From contig NMRA01000628.1 in NCBI GenBank assembly GCA_002633005.1, forward strand, positions 1-62,830: 62,830 nt of DNA, given 5' to 3'. The DNA comes from Phoronis australis (lineage: Eukaryota > Animalia > Phoronida). Below are positions 34,132 through 45,462 of the stretch, piece after piece; position 1 is the first letter of the stretch; the number at the start of each line of letters is the position of its first letter. The notes beneath the pieces were generated by a model. That model was not told the origin of the DNA, did no database searches, and saw only the letters and a program-made list of their open reading frames with translations. Position numbers and translations under genes: made by a program.

Positions 34132-37100
34132 GGGGGGTTTAAACCCCCTGAATCCCCCCCCCTGTGTGCAAGGAAAGCCGCGAGTAACTTTTATATCACA
34201 TAAAATCGATTAGGGTAGTTTTGCCTGCAGTAAACACAGCAATCAATATTAATCAAATTTCGACCAGATTTCAGTACCCACAGAGAACACAAAACAATGT
34301 TTGCATAAACATGGGATCATCACAGAAAAGTGAAACTGTTTCTCAGCGAGGGTCGTACTCGAAATATTTTTTCAAAAAGAGCAACCCCATCGTTATTTTC
34401 CAGCTTGGCACATCAAAGGCTTGATGGCGCCGTGACTGGTAGAAGTGAGCTGTCCTTGCGCAGCTGGATGAGATAATTGCAGTCGTGAAAAGCCCAGTTT
34501 GTAAGAGTTCTAATGTAAAGGGCAGTACACGAAGCTGTTTTCGTGGCACGTTTGAGCGTGTGACCGGTACATTTGGACAACTTCAGAAAATGGTAAATCT
34601 ACGAAATCAAATAAAAAACGGACATTTAATGAGGTATTGACGTTCAGTGGAAACAGTTGATCAAAAGCAACGAAGGGTTGGATTACAGCGCGTACTCGAA
34701 ACGAACTTTAAAAATCTGACGGAGGGGTTAAAAATCACCAAAAAAACTTGAAAACTCTCATCTCAGAATAACTAGGATGTATACTGAATAGATTTGGAGA
34801 AATGCCGGCTATGCAGTTTACTGATCTTCGGCTTTCGAGGGTTTTCTACACACGTTGTTTAGCACCTAATAGTACACAGACGGTAATTGATTTGCGACAC
34901 ATGCATGCCCAGGTTCAAGGTTCTAAATATATAGTATTACGTCATTGACTTGGCATGAAAAGGCAGATGCCTGTCGAAATTTGTGTAAGCATCCAGCACG
35001 TTATAAAAATGCAACAGTCGCAGACGTTCGAATTACACTTAATTAATCCCGCATAAACTAAGATACACTGTAATGGTTAGCCCAGTCCTTAGGTAAAGAT
35101 TGTGAAAGAAAATCCTATGTACTCCTTTCTGTGCATTCACCGTCGTACTTTTATCGAAAGACAAGTGTCTCGAGAACAACGTTGCGACATCTTTTACCTC
35201 AGTGAATCTTCGAAGCAGCATCGCGCTGCCAAATTAGGTTAGAAGTCAAGGCACAACAACTTTGAAGCAGCTTCAGTTTGATGTAAATACATGTATTAAA
35301 TTCATTCCTATATCGCATGGTTCAGTTGGCCAGACTTATTGAACGTCACGGAGAATAGCCAGCGGCTTAACTACACACTGAATTTACCCAGACAATGCCC
35401 AAGGCATTTACTAAAAAATTATGAGAGAATTGTCCGTTACATATTTCCATTACGGCGCTGTGCTTCTCGCGATGTTCTGCTTTCAGTAGTTTCTCAACCA
35501 ATGAAAACCTATGGTGTGCGGAACAGCCACCTCTTATTGTTTGTGTACACGTACATGTACATGTATGTCATTGACAACTCGTTCGATAACACAGTTTGCA
35601 CACAAGTGGACGAGAATGCGTGCATCCTTCAAACCACAATCTAGCGAGTTCTCGGCCATTCAAAGGCTTGAGGGCACCGTCCATGATTTAAGGGTTCACA
35701 GAACAGTTCTCACTGGTTTTCTTAAAAAAACACGTCACTGGACTTTTCTTTACTCTGTCAAAACCGACTCAAAATCGAGTATTTGTTTTTTCCGACGCAA
35801 TCGTCTGCTCAACTCTCCGTCGCTGGTAGCGTAAAATATGCTTTTTGCAATAGTCCTTACCTCAACTGAGTTCTGCGAATCAGCACAGCTTAGTCCACGG
35901 TTTCCCAACACGGAGAAATGTTTCTATCACTAATTACAATCCAGAAGTTAAGACACGAAAATAGACCAAGGAAACTAAGAATTTCCCGAAGCTAAAACGA
36001 CGAACTGGAATTTTTATATTCCCGGATGGATTGTTTCTAAGCTTCCGACAAACTTTTGATGTTATTGAATTATTCAGTGCTTTAACTTGTATATTTCACA
36101 AACTGAAAATTGTTATACAACAAAAAAGCAAACAAAAACTTTATTTCAAAACTCATAGGGCCATTGGCTCACAGGTCATCATATTACTATACAAACAGTA
36201 TACTCTAGCAAATTCACCAAATGCTCTTAATTTCGCTTCAAATTGCCATTGCATGTTGAATGAAGGCCGGGTGCTGTATTTCTAAAAACATACATAAGAT
36301 CTGTACTTTAGAATGCCTTAATGTTTCCAATTCTAACAAATAATTCTTATAAATTGATGAAGAAATAAAACTTAATTACTGGTTATTCAGCACTTTCACA
36401 GTTAATCTTGTGGGTAGGCTACCGTCAGAGACTGTAAAGAGGAAAACAAGGTGGCACTGAATAGTAAGACTGTGGCCGCGACCAATTTGCACCGCCAAAG
36501 TAGTAAAATCTAGGGGTAGGCCGGGCTTAAGGGAATTTTAGTTAGGTATTGCATGTAGGGCAAGTGAATGTGGTTTGTTTGTATTTGTGAACATGCTGTG
36601 AATGAAAAAGAACACTTGCTCGGCTGTAGCTGCACTCTTCTTCAAGATGGCGACCCCCTGTTGTGCATTGCTGGGTAGCGACTGAGAAATTGTCCATGAT
36701 TTCAGATAGCCCTCAAAGAAGCCAGATTTGCAAAAAAACTAGTTGGTTGACGTTTTTTTGACCACATTTTTGGAATAGATAGAAAATTTGCTTTCGAAAT
36801 CTAATGTTGATGGGCATCGGCAAGGTACTGAGTGGTGGTTTTGGGGTGGAAGATGCCGGTTTTGTGTTTTTTGCCCCTATTTTCCTTAGTCTAGCTTGGT
36901 TTTCAGTTGAAGTGAAAGGGTCAAAATTATAAGAGACAACAAAGTTCCTGTGCTCATCTGTAGGGCTTGCGATGGGGAATGACTCACAACTTTTCTTTCT
37001 TTCCATGAAGTTTTTGACAGAGTGAAGAAAGGGTGACGAGTCCATTGACGTGTGTTTAGATAGACAAACCTCTATGAGGACTCCGACTGGCGATCATTGT

Positions 37101-37670
37101 TTTTCCATGGACCGTAGAGACGTCTAGTGGGCATGTGTGCAATAAACAAATGGCAAGATATGGGGCTCCGGTAGGCACTGAAAACATCGAGCAACGGTGC
37201 TTGTTGCACGGAAAAAATTGTTCACAAAGAAAGATGATGTTCACGTTTGAAACAAAGGGTGTTTTTGCGTGAAACTGTTACCAGTCAACCAGTGATGGGC
37301 TGGGTCATTTGAAGTTAATCTCTTTACTGTTCCCTGCATTTGTTCCCTGATTTAGAAATTTATCGTGGTTTGCATGATTTTGGGAACTACTGATTAGTTT
37401 ATTCTATCCCCGTTCATGCTTCTACCTACTTCCTTTCATTTCATTCTGCAGTCGGATCTAAAAGATAATTATATTTAAAATTACTATTTATTTACTAATT
37501 TTATTGTTGTAATATTACCATATATTTGTTATCACCTACATGTATACTTCATTACTTATTTCTTATTATTTATTTATTTTTTTTTTATTTATTCACTATT
37601 ACTTCTTGTGATCCCATATAGTCAACATGCTGGCTGTCGTTGGTCAATTATGTATCATTATACGATAGTA

Positions 37671-37817
37671 CATGGGCGGCGCAGCACTGAAAAAAGTGGG
37701 GGGCTAAAGCCACCTCAGCCCCTCTGGTGCACCGCCTATAGACCACGTGAAACGTAGCACTGAAAAATGTGGGGTGGGGGCTATAGCCCCCCAGCCCCCT
37801 ATGGTGCGCCGCCCATG
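37671..37817. mobile_element. MITE with 13-bp perfect TIRs and a 5-bp TSD (TAGTA)
   Basis: tagta|catgggcggcgca ... tgcgccgcccatg|tagta. Confidence 0.9.
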
Positions 37818-38578
37818 TAGTAATGAGCACCCTAAAGCATATTGTTTAAGGTGCAGTAGTGGGTGCATTGTGTTACTGCTGTTTACAAATCATTGACTAG
37901 CATTCAGGTTATTTAGCGAAACACGACATAGATATATTACGGCGGAGTTGTGCAATTTTTACTGCAGTTTGAGGTGCTCACTTCAGTATTTTCTATCTTG
38001 TTACGTACTTCAGTGCATCATAAATGTTGATTGTATGGCCTGGTAGCCTGCTTTTATGAAGTCTTCCGGAAGGAAGTGTTCCTTTAAGAATATCTCAAGC
38101 CTCATTCACAAAAAGTTGCCATTTTTACAATATTTCACATGTGACTAGCAAAATACCTTATCTTCATTCTCAGGGAATTTCAAATATGAAATATATACCG
38201 TGTAGCGAGAAAAAAAGATTTAGCAGAACACCTTGGAACCGCACCGCCACGTGCTTTGTTTACTACATACTTATCCGAAGTCAAAGATCACAGGGCTGTT
38301 AATCAAACCGAATCTCCCTCCTGATGCAGAGCAGCTTCGTATGTACCATGTACCATCAGTCTTTTCATTCACTTAGTCTCCATAATATTGAGTCAACGAT
38401 TATGTACTTATGATAGAATGGTGCCGGGGAACACGTTGTTTTTATCCTAGAGGGATAAAGTTGTGCACATTGAGACCTACATGTGTAGGCCTACTTCGGT
38501 AGTATGTGAATTATATTGGAAACCAAGTAAACATATAGCCGCTGAGGTTGTCAGTAATGAAATATCTATTATGTAAAA

Positions 38579-38813
38579 CAGAGGCGGATCCACAGGGGGG
38601 TTCAGGGGGTTCAAACCCTCCCCTCGGGACAGGATCAAAAATAAAAATTGAAAAAAATTCGACAGAAAAACGAAATCAGCTGCTAAAAACCACAAAAAAT
38701 CTTACACGGGAGGGGGGAAACCCCTTCCCGACCTTCCTTCCGCTCGGCGCTAAGCGCCTCGGATTCGCTCGAATCCTAAACCCCCCCTTATCGAAAACGT
38801 AGATCTGCCACTG
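38579..38813. mobile_element. MITE with CAG..GGCGGATC TIRs and a 5-bp TSD (TAAAA)
   Basis: taaaa|cagaggcggatcc ... agatctgccactg|taaaa. Confidence 0.85.
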
Positions 38814-39791
38814 TAAAATGCATCGTTTGCACAAACTCCGTCTCCCCCGCTGCACTACTGACCTTCGTTCCGCCCGTTTCGGCACCGCCTTGGTCCTAGG
38901 TATTGCACCGGCCCCCTATTTGGATTCGAGGTGTTCCATTTTTTTCTCGGGGGTCGTTTTTTTGCGGACGCGGAGGGAGGGTGGCCAGTTTCGTACTGGC
39001 CTTGGTGACGTCAGTCGGTAAGCTCAAAGGCCTGGGTGACGTCACTCCATCGGCTTAATTTCACTCCCTTCGGCTTCTGTCGCGTATATAATTTATCGGG
39101 CCTGTCGCCGCCAAAATTAATGATGCCTCATTAAAAAAATTTACTATTCCTTGAGTAAACTAAATTATTTACAAGGGTGTTGGAAAATTGGAGTTCTTCA
39201 GTTATTCTGCTGCTAAAATTGCGATGCGCTATTTGGGCGCCATTGCGTCACCTATCGGGCCAATTTCCATGTTCTTCAATCAACTGTGGGTTGCATACAT
39301 GTCATAACAATCGGAATTGGTTTCATTTCGTTACAAGTTTTTACTATTTTAATAACAAAAAAAAAACAATTTCAGAAAATACTCTGGAGAGATATCGCAA
39401 AGTTTTGGGAAATGGCGCGTACCTGCGCGTGTCACGAGATTGCACTGTTTTCAAAACGACGGCAGCCATAGGATTTTCCTTTGTTACAAAAGGCGGAGAA
39501 TTACGAAAAATAACGTTTATTAGATTTTGTTTACTTCTACAAACGGCTGTAACTGGCACTGTGAATGTCCATTCATTCCCAGATTCTGGACGCACCCCGC
39601 ACCCCTGCAGGTTGTTAGCTCTAAGTTTCACGACGAGGTGACGAACTGAGCACCCGGGTTGTGTGAAATTTCGGTGTCTAACGGAGCTCTGCACACGGCT
39701 ACCTAGCTGTATGTTGACGACAGTCTTCATACAGCTAGCTGGCTTTCTACCTCAGTATGTACATTTATGATGCAACTTTTGTAAATACATT

Positions 39792-39951
39792 CAGGAGCGG
39801 ATCCAGGATTTTGAGTTGGGGGGCACAGCAAATAGAGTATTAGCCAGAATTTTGCCCTTGAGACATTCGCACCCCCGAACTGCCAAATGGAAGCTGCGAT
39901 AATTTTATGGGGGGCCATGGCCCCCTTGGCCCCCCTTTAAATCCGCCACTG
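39792..39951. mobile_element. Short MITE of the GCGGATCC-terminal type
   Basis: caggagcggatccagga ... aatccgccactg with G/C-run interior; TSD not clean. Confidence 0.7.
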
Positions 39952-40372
39952 ACAACTGTATACTTTGTGTACTATACAATATTTTAAATGCATTCTTAGT
40001 TTTCACTTTAAACTGAAGAATATCTGATTACCGTACTTTGTGTTACGGCAGGGTCAAATGTTCTGGAAAGATTTTTGTACTGCCCAGGGAAAGAATCCCA
40101 TAGCCGCGCACTTCAATTGCCTACTAAAATCTGACAAGTGACAGAAATTGTGCTTGAAGGTTTGAACACGGTCTCTTCAAGAAGTATGCCTGTCTCTTGC
40201 GATGAACACTCGATCGGTTCACTCTTAGGTGTAGCTATTTCCCCTCGGCGTTTCCCACTAGCAGCTGATTGTATATATAATTGTCTAAATCCCTTGTGAA
40301 AAAGGCGAAACGCCGCTCATGGGATGCATGACTTTACAGTTAGCTGTAAAAAATAACTGCACAGATATCGGG

Positions 40373-40458
40373 TCCTCAGTACCTCAGTGGTGAGGCCACT
40401 AGACCGCCAATCTAGAGACCTGTTGTTCGATTCCCAGTTGTGGTTGCTGATTTTTCTG
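40373..40458 (+). mobile_element. tRNA-derived SINE head (degenerate)
   Basis: A-box-like tacctcagtgg and B-box-like gttcgattcc; no intact cloverleaf. Similar heads lie on the minus strand at ~28682-28735 and ~62350-62417. Confidence 0.45.
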
Positions 40459-41539
40459 TGTTTATTTGATATATTGGAAACCACGTTACACTCAGTGACA
40501 ATGTCGTTTGTTTAGATGTTTGGTTTGATACGGGTCATAAAACATCAAGTCAGGAAATAAAGCGTTCTTATGTTATTTACTTTGAGGTTGGCCGTTTTTA
40601 CCTGGCGACGTAGTCGTAATATGCATTATACCGACTGCTGATAGTTGATTTAAAAAAATGGGGTTCAGTGACCGGTTGCATAAAACAGTCCCAAATAGTG
40701 ACTTCACTATGTTTTCTACATCTACTGTATGGATAATTTTCATGCAACGCCCCTAATTTAAGGACTAAGTCCCGAATTATTTTGACTGCATTAAGGACTC
40801 AGTTTTTGAAAACGTCGAAGATGAGTTCGCAATATACACCGATAGAAAAATATAACCATATAACAACTGTGAATAAAGAACGAAGCAAATGCGCAAAAAA
40901 TTTACTAGGCAACCTAGTTGAGCACAGGCGGATCCATGGGGGGGGGGGCTCAGAAGGCTCCTGCCCCCCTGTTTTCTCTTTATTTTAGTGATATCAAATC
41001 TAGAATTTTCAAATTGTTGTCTTGGACCAACTTTTTTAAAAGTCTTGGATCTGCTCCATTTTGTAACCGTTTCATGTAACTGGGTACTGGGTACAGACCC
41101 CCTGTTTGAAGGAAGAATGTCGTAAGGTGTGAATTTTCGAAACAAAAGACCTGGTCCGGTGTTTGGATGGCGTAAGAGGGCAGTTTTTGGACATTACGGT
41201 AGGAAACATTTGATGGTTGGGGGAGGAAAGTCTGTCAATTTTTCTATTTTACTTTGAAACAAAGTTTGTGTGTTGCAAGCTTTTAATAATTAATTGTAAA
41301 TTAATCGATATTAACACTGAGAGCAGAAAGGATTCTCCGCCCTCAACATTTTGGGGCCCTAGTCCCCCGTTTTTGCTCCTTTCAGCAGATCTATCTTATG
41401 GTTATTACTTCCTTGACTCCCTGAACAAAAATCTACAGGTTCTGTACCTGCTCAGGCTCCAAACACATACTTTACCTGCTCTCCTCTGATTAAGTCACCT
41501 TCTTGCTTGTGATGTACTTCTCGTAATTTATTGTCGTAC

Positions 41540-41573
41540 ATATGTATATACACACACACTGCGCGCGCGCGCG

Positions 41574-41604
<31 letters not shown>

Positions 41605-41615
41605 AAACAAACACA
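41540..41615. repeat. Compound (TA)n/(CA)n/(GC)n/(CA)n microsatellite
   Basis: tatatacacacacactgcgcgcgcgc...gcacacacacac. Confidence 0.95.
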
Positions 41616-41659
41616 TAATTTGAGTCTGCTGTAGTTCTCTGACCGCTAGCTGTTACTTG

Positions 41660-41930
41660 ATTGACGAGGATTTCAGAAAGGCTATTGGTTTATGTTCAAA
41701 TATGTTATCATAACTTAACTTTTATTTTTAATAACACAGCCCAGTCAGGCTAAATAGAATCGTATTGAAGATTAGAGCAATTATCGAACAAAAGAGAGCT
41801 GACCCTCCAAGCATGAATGCCAGAATGGAGTTAATCAGTCATGTAAGATATTGGCTACAGGGGTAAACTTCCAACTTGTTGTTGGGCTGTTGAATCGAAC
41901 AAATTGGGAGCAACGGGAAAACGCCGTATT
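41660..41930 (+). mobile_element. Interspersed repeat, copy 2 of the 20405-20830 family
   Basis: High similarity to 20605-20829 and to the reverse complement of 48205-48552. Confidence 0.8.
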
Positions 41931-42183
41931 GGATAAAGCGACACACCACATGATTGGTGCAAAGCGCCACCTGGTTGCGTTATAGCCTTGGATGAGTGGG
42001 TACCTTTTGCGTCCGAGGTGTATGGCCGTGGAAATGTTCCCGATTTTGACCATTTGGAAGCACCGGAATTAAAAAGATAAATAGGAAGGGGACTGTTCAG
42101 TCTCTGGTTAACACGTTTCACAAGAAGCGTAGCACGTTACTGAACGCTTAATTCGATTTTCGTTTCTAGCAAACTAACTGCAT

Positions 42184-43772
42184 AGGAGAATGCCACCCGA
42201 TTTAATTAGTCTTTTTACCATCTTAATCGGTGTATATCCACATCGCCTATTATACGGTCGACCTCACCTTGCCGAGAGGTGTCGTGTTAACCTGTGGGGA
42301 AGGTGAGAAACGACGCAGCGACGTCAGTGGTTCGTCTGCAGTGTGAATGCCGCTATATTGCGGTGCATCGTTCCCCGGCCCTTGTCCGAAATATGAAGCT
42401 GCGCAGAAAGCATGTATATCGTTTTTTCGACTTCTTCGAGAGCCCAAAATGCTTAGGAAGCGGCTCGCGGTAGTGAAGAACGAAAGGTACGCTGTTAATA
42501 CCAAGTATGAGGCCGTGAAACATCTCCGTGTCTGTCTCCGGCATTTCGTGATTTCTCGGACGAATTCCGGATTACCAAAGAACTATCCATACGTTCTGTT
42601 GCATGTTCACTGCGCCTCTCTAGTATTTCTTGATCAGTGTATTCCGGTTCGAACTGGTAGCCGGTGAAACCTAACGATCCGACCAGTGAAGTCTTCGTCG
42701 GATGAGCTCTTGACTCAGTCGGGTAGGGCGCCGGGCGAGTTGTCATGACGTTTATTATTCTGCGTTCTGTTTGAAAATGAATTATTCTCATCCTAACCAA
42801 TGCTTATATAAAACTGAAACAAAGTCTGTCTCATTAGATACAATTTGTAATGCCTTTGCAGTATTCGTGAGTGTAAATTTTGAGAAGTTAGCAATGAATA
42901 AACCACTGCGTTACCGGCTTTTGATGCCGGCAATGACCGGGCACCGAGGCCGTGTGAGCGCATGCTAATTCAGTGTTTGCTGACAGAAAGCTGTTGTGAA
43001 ACAATAACTCGATTTTATATGCTATGGTCACATTTTAGGGGAATCCTTATTTAAAAATACAAATACATTATTCAAATCATTGTTACTGTACAACCTTTGC
43101 CCTGACGGTCTGTGAAAGGGGAACCCGACTTCGTGGCCCCCGACAAGTAAGTAGATTTTCAGTTTCGTGGCTAATTCACATTAATAATTACGTACACATT
43201 ATTTCTTTGGCTCACTATTGTAGTCTCCTCGTGACTGAGGGTTTAGTTTCCAACTCAAGCTGGTTTATGTTCGTGCCAGTCCCGGCGGCCGCGACGGGCC
43301 TGATCGGGTTCCGAGCCACTGGCCGGATAACGAGCGTTTTGTGTGTTTAGAACTCAAAAAATCCCAAATCTAAAGAACAATGATCTAGGTTCTCCTGTCT
43401 GTATTTCACGGAAGAATACTTCGAATTTATTTCCGAACAGACCCCAAACTCCTGCTACGGACCTTGGTAAATTGCCCTGCCGAACGTTCTAGGCTAACGG
43501 TGTGTCCAAATACCAATAAATCCGTAACAGCGAAATAAAATAACACGTTTTTATAAGAACTCGGTGTATTTTTAAGGGTTTTACATCAAAATTTGATGAT
43601 TTATTGGTGTTTAACGACAGACTGCGTGTGAAACCAATGACGTCATTGAATAATTTCAACACCTCCGTCTGCCGTCAGGTGTCAGGTAACGCAACCGAAC
43701 GTGCCGTTATTGAGTAAAACTACTCGATCTAAATTGGTAAAAAATAGGTTGTTTTTTGGGTGGCATTCTCCT
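42184..43772. mobile_element. Kolobok-like DNA transposon (decayed)
   Basis: 15-bp perfect TIRs aggagaatgccaccc (42184-42198) / gggtggcattctcct (43758-43772), followed by TTAA on the right. Frameshifted minus-strand ORF remnants (GYQFEPEYTDQEILERR; MPETDTE..FHGLI..VLTAYLSF..KRYTCFLRSFI) resemble the P2RX7-C/nanor-like accessory ORF of Kolobok. A possible THAP remnant (CLYFTEEYFE) lies at ~43390 on +. Confidence 0.7.
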
Positions 43773-43906
43773 TTAATATAAATATGATTCTCAAACCTAC
43801 CCAGCAGAAGTCACGTGACGTATTCACAAATGGCGTTATGACCAGACTTGACAGCGTTTGTCATTATCAACACTAAGCATCGTAGGTGTGAAGAAGTGAA
43901 ATATAA

Positions 43907-43912
43907 TTTATT
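43907..43912 (-). terminator. Candidate polyadenylation signal of the Spaetzle-like gene (~1.55 kb 3' UTR)
   Basis: tttatt on + strand (AATAAA on -), at the end of a minus-strand U-rich tract. Confidence 0.45.
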
Positions 43913-45462
43913 CAATCACACCACATAAATATAGAGACATGTCCATTAATTCGCTATACATGTGCGACTTTCATCCTCTTGCGAAATACTCGGTGCAAGT
44001 ATTTTGGCGAAGTTAGGATAACTGAGCGGCAAATGCCGAACTTCTCGTGTAAAATACTCTTTCCAGATTGTTTAGAAAATGAAGGCCGTAAAAATCTAAG
44101 AAACTACTTCTCATTAAGACTTGAGCCGAATCCAGCACCACGTGACCGTCGAGGGTAAATGCCTGAACAGTATGTCTCAAAATGCCGTATGCAGAGAATG
44201 GACATCTCGTAAGATACAGTATAAACACGTAGAAATATAACTATAGCAACTACATGTACACTTAATCACACTTCTTCTTTTCAGTGCTACACAAATGAAT
44301 GGCAATACATTAAAATACAAATATTTAGCACAGAAAGCGAACCATTATATCCAGACTTTTAACTACATGTATAAAACACTGACTTACTTAATGAAACACA
44401 ATATTGAGCAAAAATACCAAAAGTAAAGAAAACAAAAAACAAAGAAAAATCGTCTGCTTTGGTTCGCACTCACGTCGTTTCTTCACGCTTGTTAACATCA
44501 TTTGTGCCCTCTGGTGGTGTGAGTAAAGTTTTCGCTAAAGTAAAATCACATTAATTCACCTATTATTACCACTCCAAGTGTAGAAGAAGATTGACTGCAG
44601 AGCCGCAGATGCATTTGGTGCATGTTTGGGCTCGTGGTGAAATAAGCCGAAGTGTTCACCAGAATGTAGGATACTCGCATCCAACCCTCTGGACTTAATG
44701 AATTTACAGTTTTCTCTCATAACAAATCATTCCAGTCTGAAACCTAATAGCGTACGTCATTTGCCAGTATCCGCCTGAATGGTCGCGAGTTGGAAAACAT
44801 TTTTTCACTCACGGGATCTCGTATGCTCATACAAAATCTGCAAGAAGTTTGCCTAACGGAACCCAACGCAGTCCACAGGAAGTTGGCATAGAAACTAACT
44901 AACACGCGTGGAATCGTTGGAAAGATTGCAAATCCACAGTGCGCTGGTGGAGATCGCATCGCTGCTAAAGCTAACACCTGGAATGTTTCACTTTCTTGTG
45001 GTGCTGCCATATTTCAACACGGAATGTTGCAGTTTATCTGGGAAAATGGTGCCTTTTAATATCAGCCCGACGAATCTCCAATCACGTGATTGATGTAAAC
45101 ATGTACGAAGAGAGCTCGTGTGAGTTTGCAAGTCTTGAACACGATGTCTGTCCTCCTTACGTAGCGAGCGCTGGCACTTGCCTTTGTGGCGATCGGGATA
45201 CGAGGAACTGGAAACCACCTAGTGCTACCGGGGTGGTTCACGACTTTAGTCCAAATACTGAGTGTTTACTTTAACACCGGCTATCTGTTCTATTGTTCAG
45301 CACTTGGAAGCCAGTCGACTGTCCATACTATTTCATGTTTCATTCGGTCAAGGTCTGATTTGAGCTCACTGCTCTGTCAAAAACTTGAAATGTCCGTTTA
45401 AAGTTCTGCCAAGTTGGTGCACTTGTTTGTCTTTCCGTGTCCACGTAAGTAAAGGATACAAG

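Larger units (their letters stand above)
37085..41533 (+). repeat. Diverged segmental duplication, copy A (with extra insertions), homologous to 57530-59595
   Basis: Collinear blocks: 37085-37650~57530-58140; 40495-40650~58321-58475; 40741-41040~58825-59160; 41240-41533~59278-59595. Confidence 0.85.

Noticed and set aside
33621-34203. 173-aa and 146-aa track ORFs
   Set aside because: They run through the N gap; the real coding signal is the minus-strand hAT fragment
36713-37045. 110-aa minus-strand ATG ORF
   Set aside because: No recognisable domain and no splice context; cannot be supported as a gene
39177-39730. 154-aa (+) and 128-aa (-) ORFs
   Set aside because: They lie in a repeat-like insertion within duplication copy A; no motifs
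40373-40445. tRNA gene
   Set aside because: Only A/B-box-like motifs; acceptor and anticodon stems do not form, so it is better explained as a SINE head
44744-45401. Cluster of short ORFs next to the Spaetzle-like stop codon, checked as a second cystine-knot domain
   Set aside because: No knot motif or splice signals in any frame I read; consistent with 3' UTR
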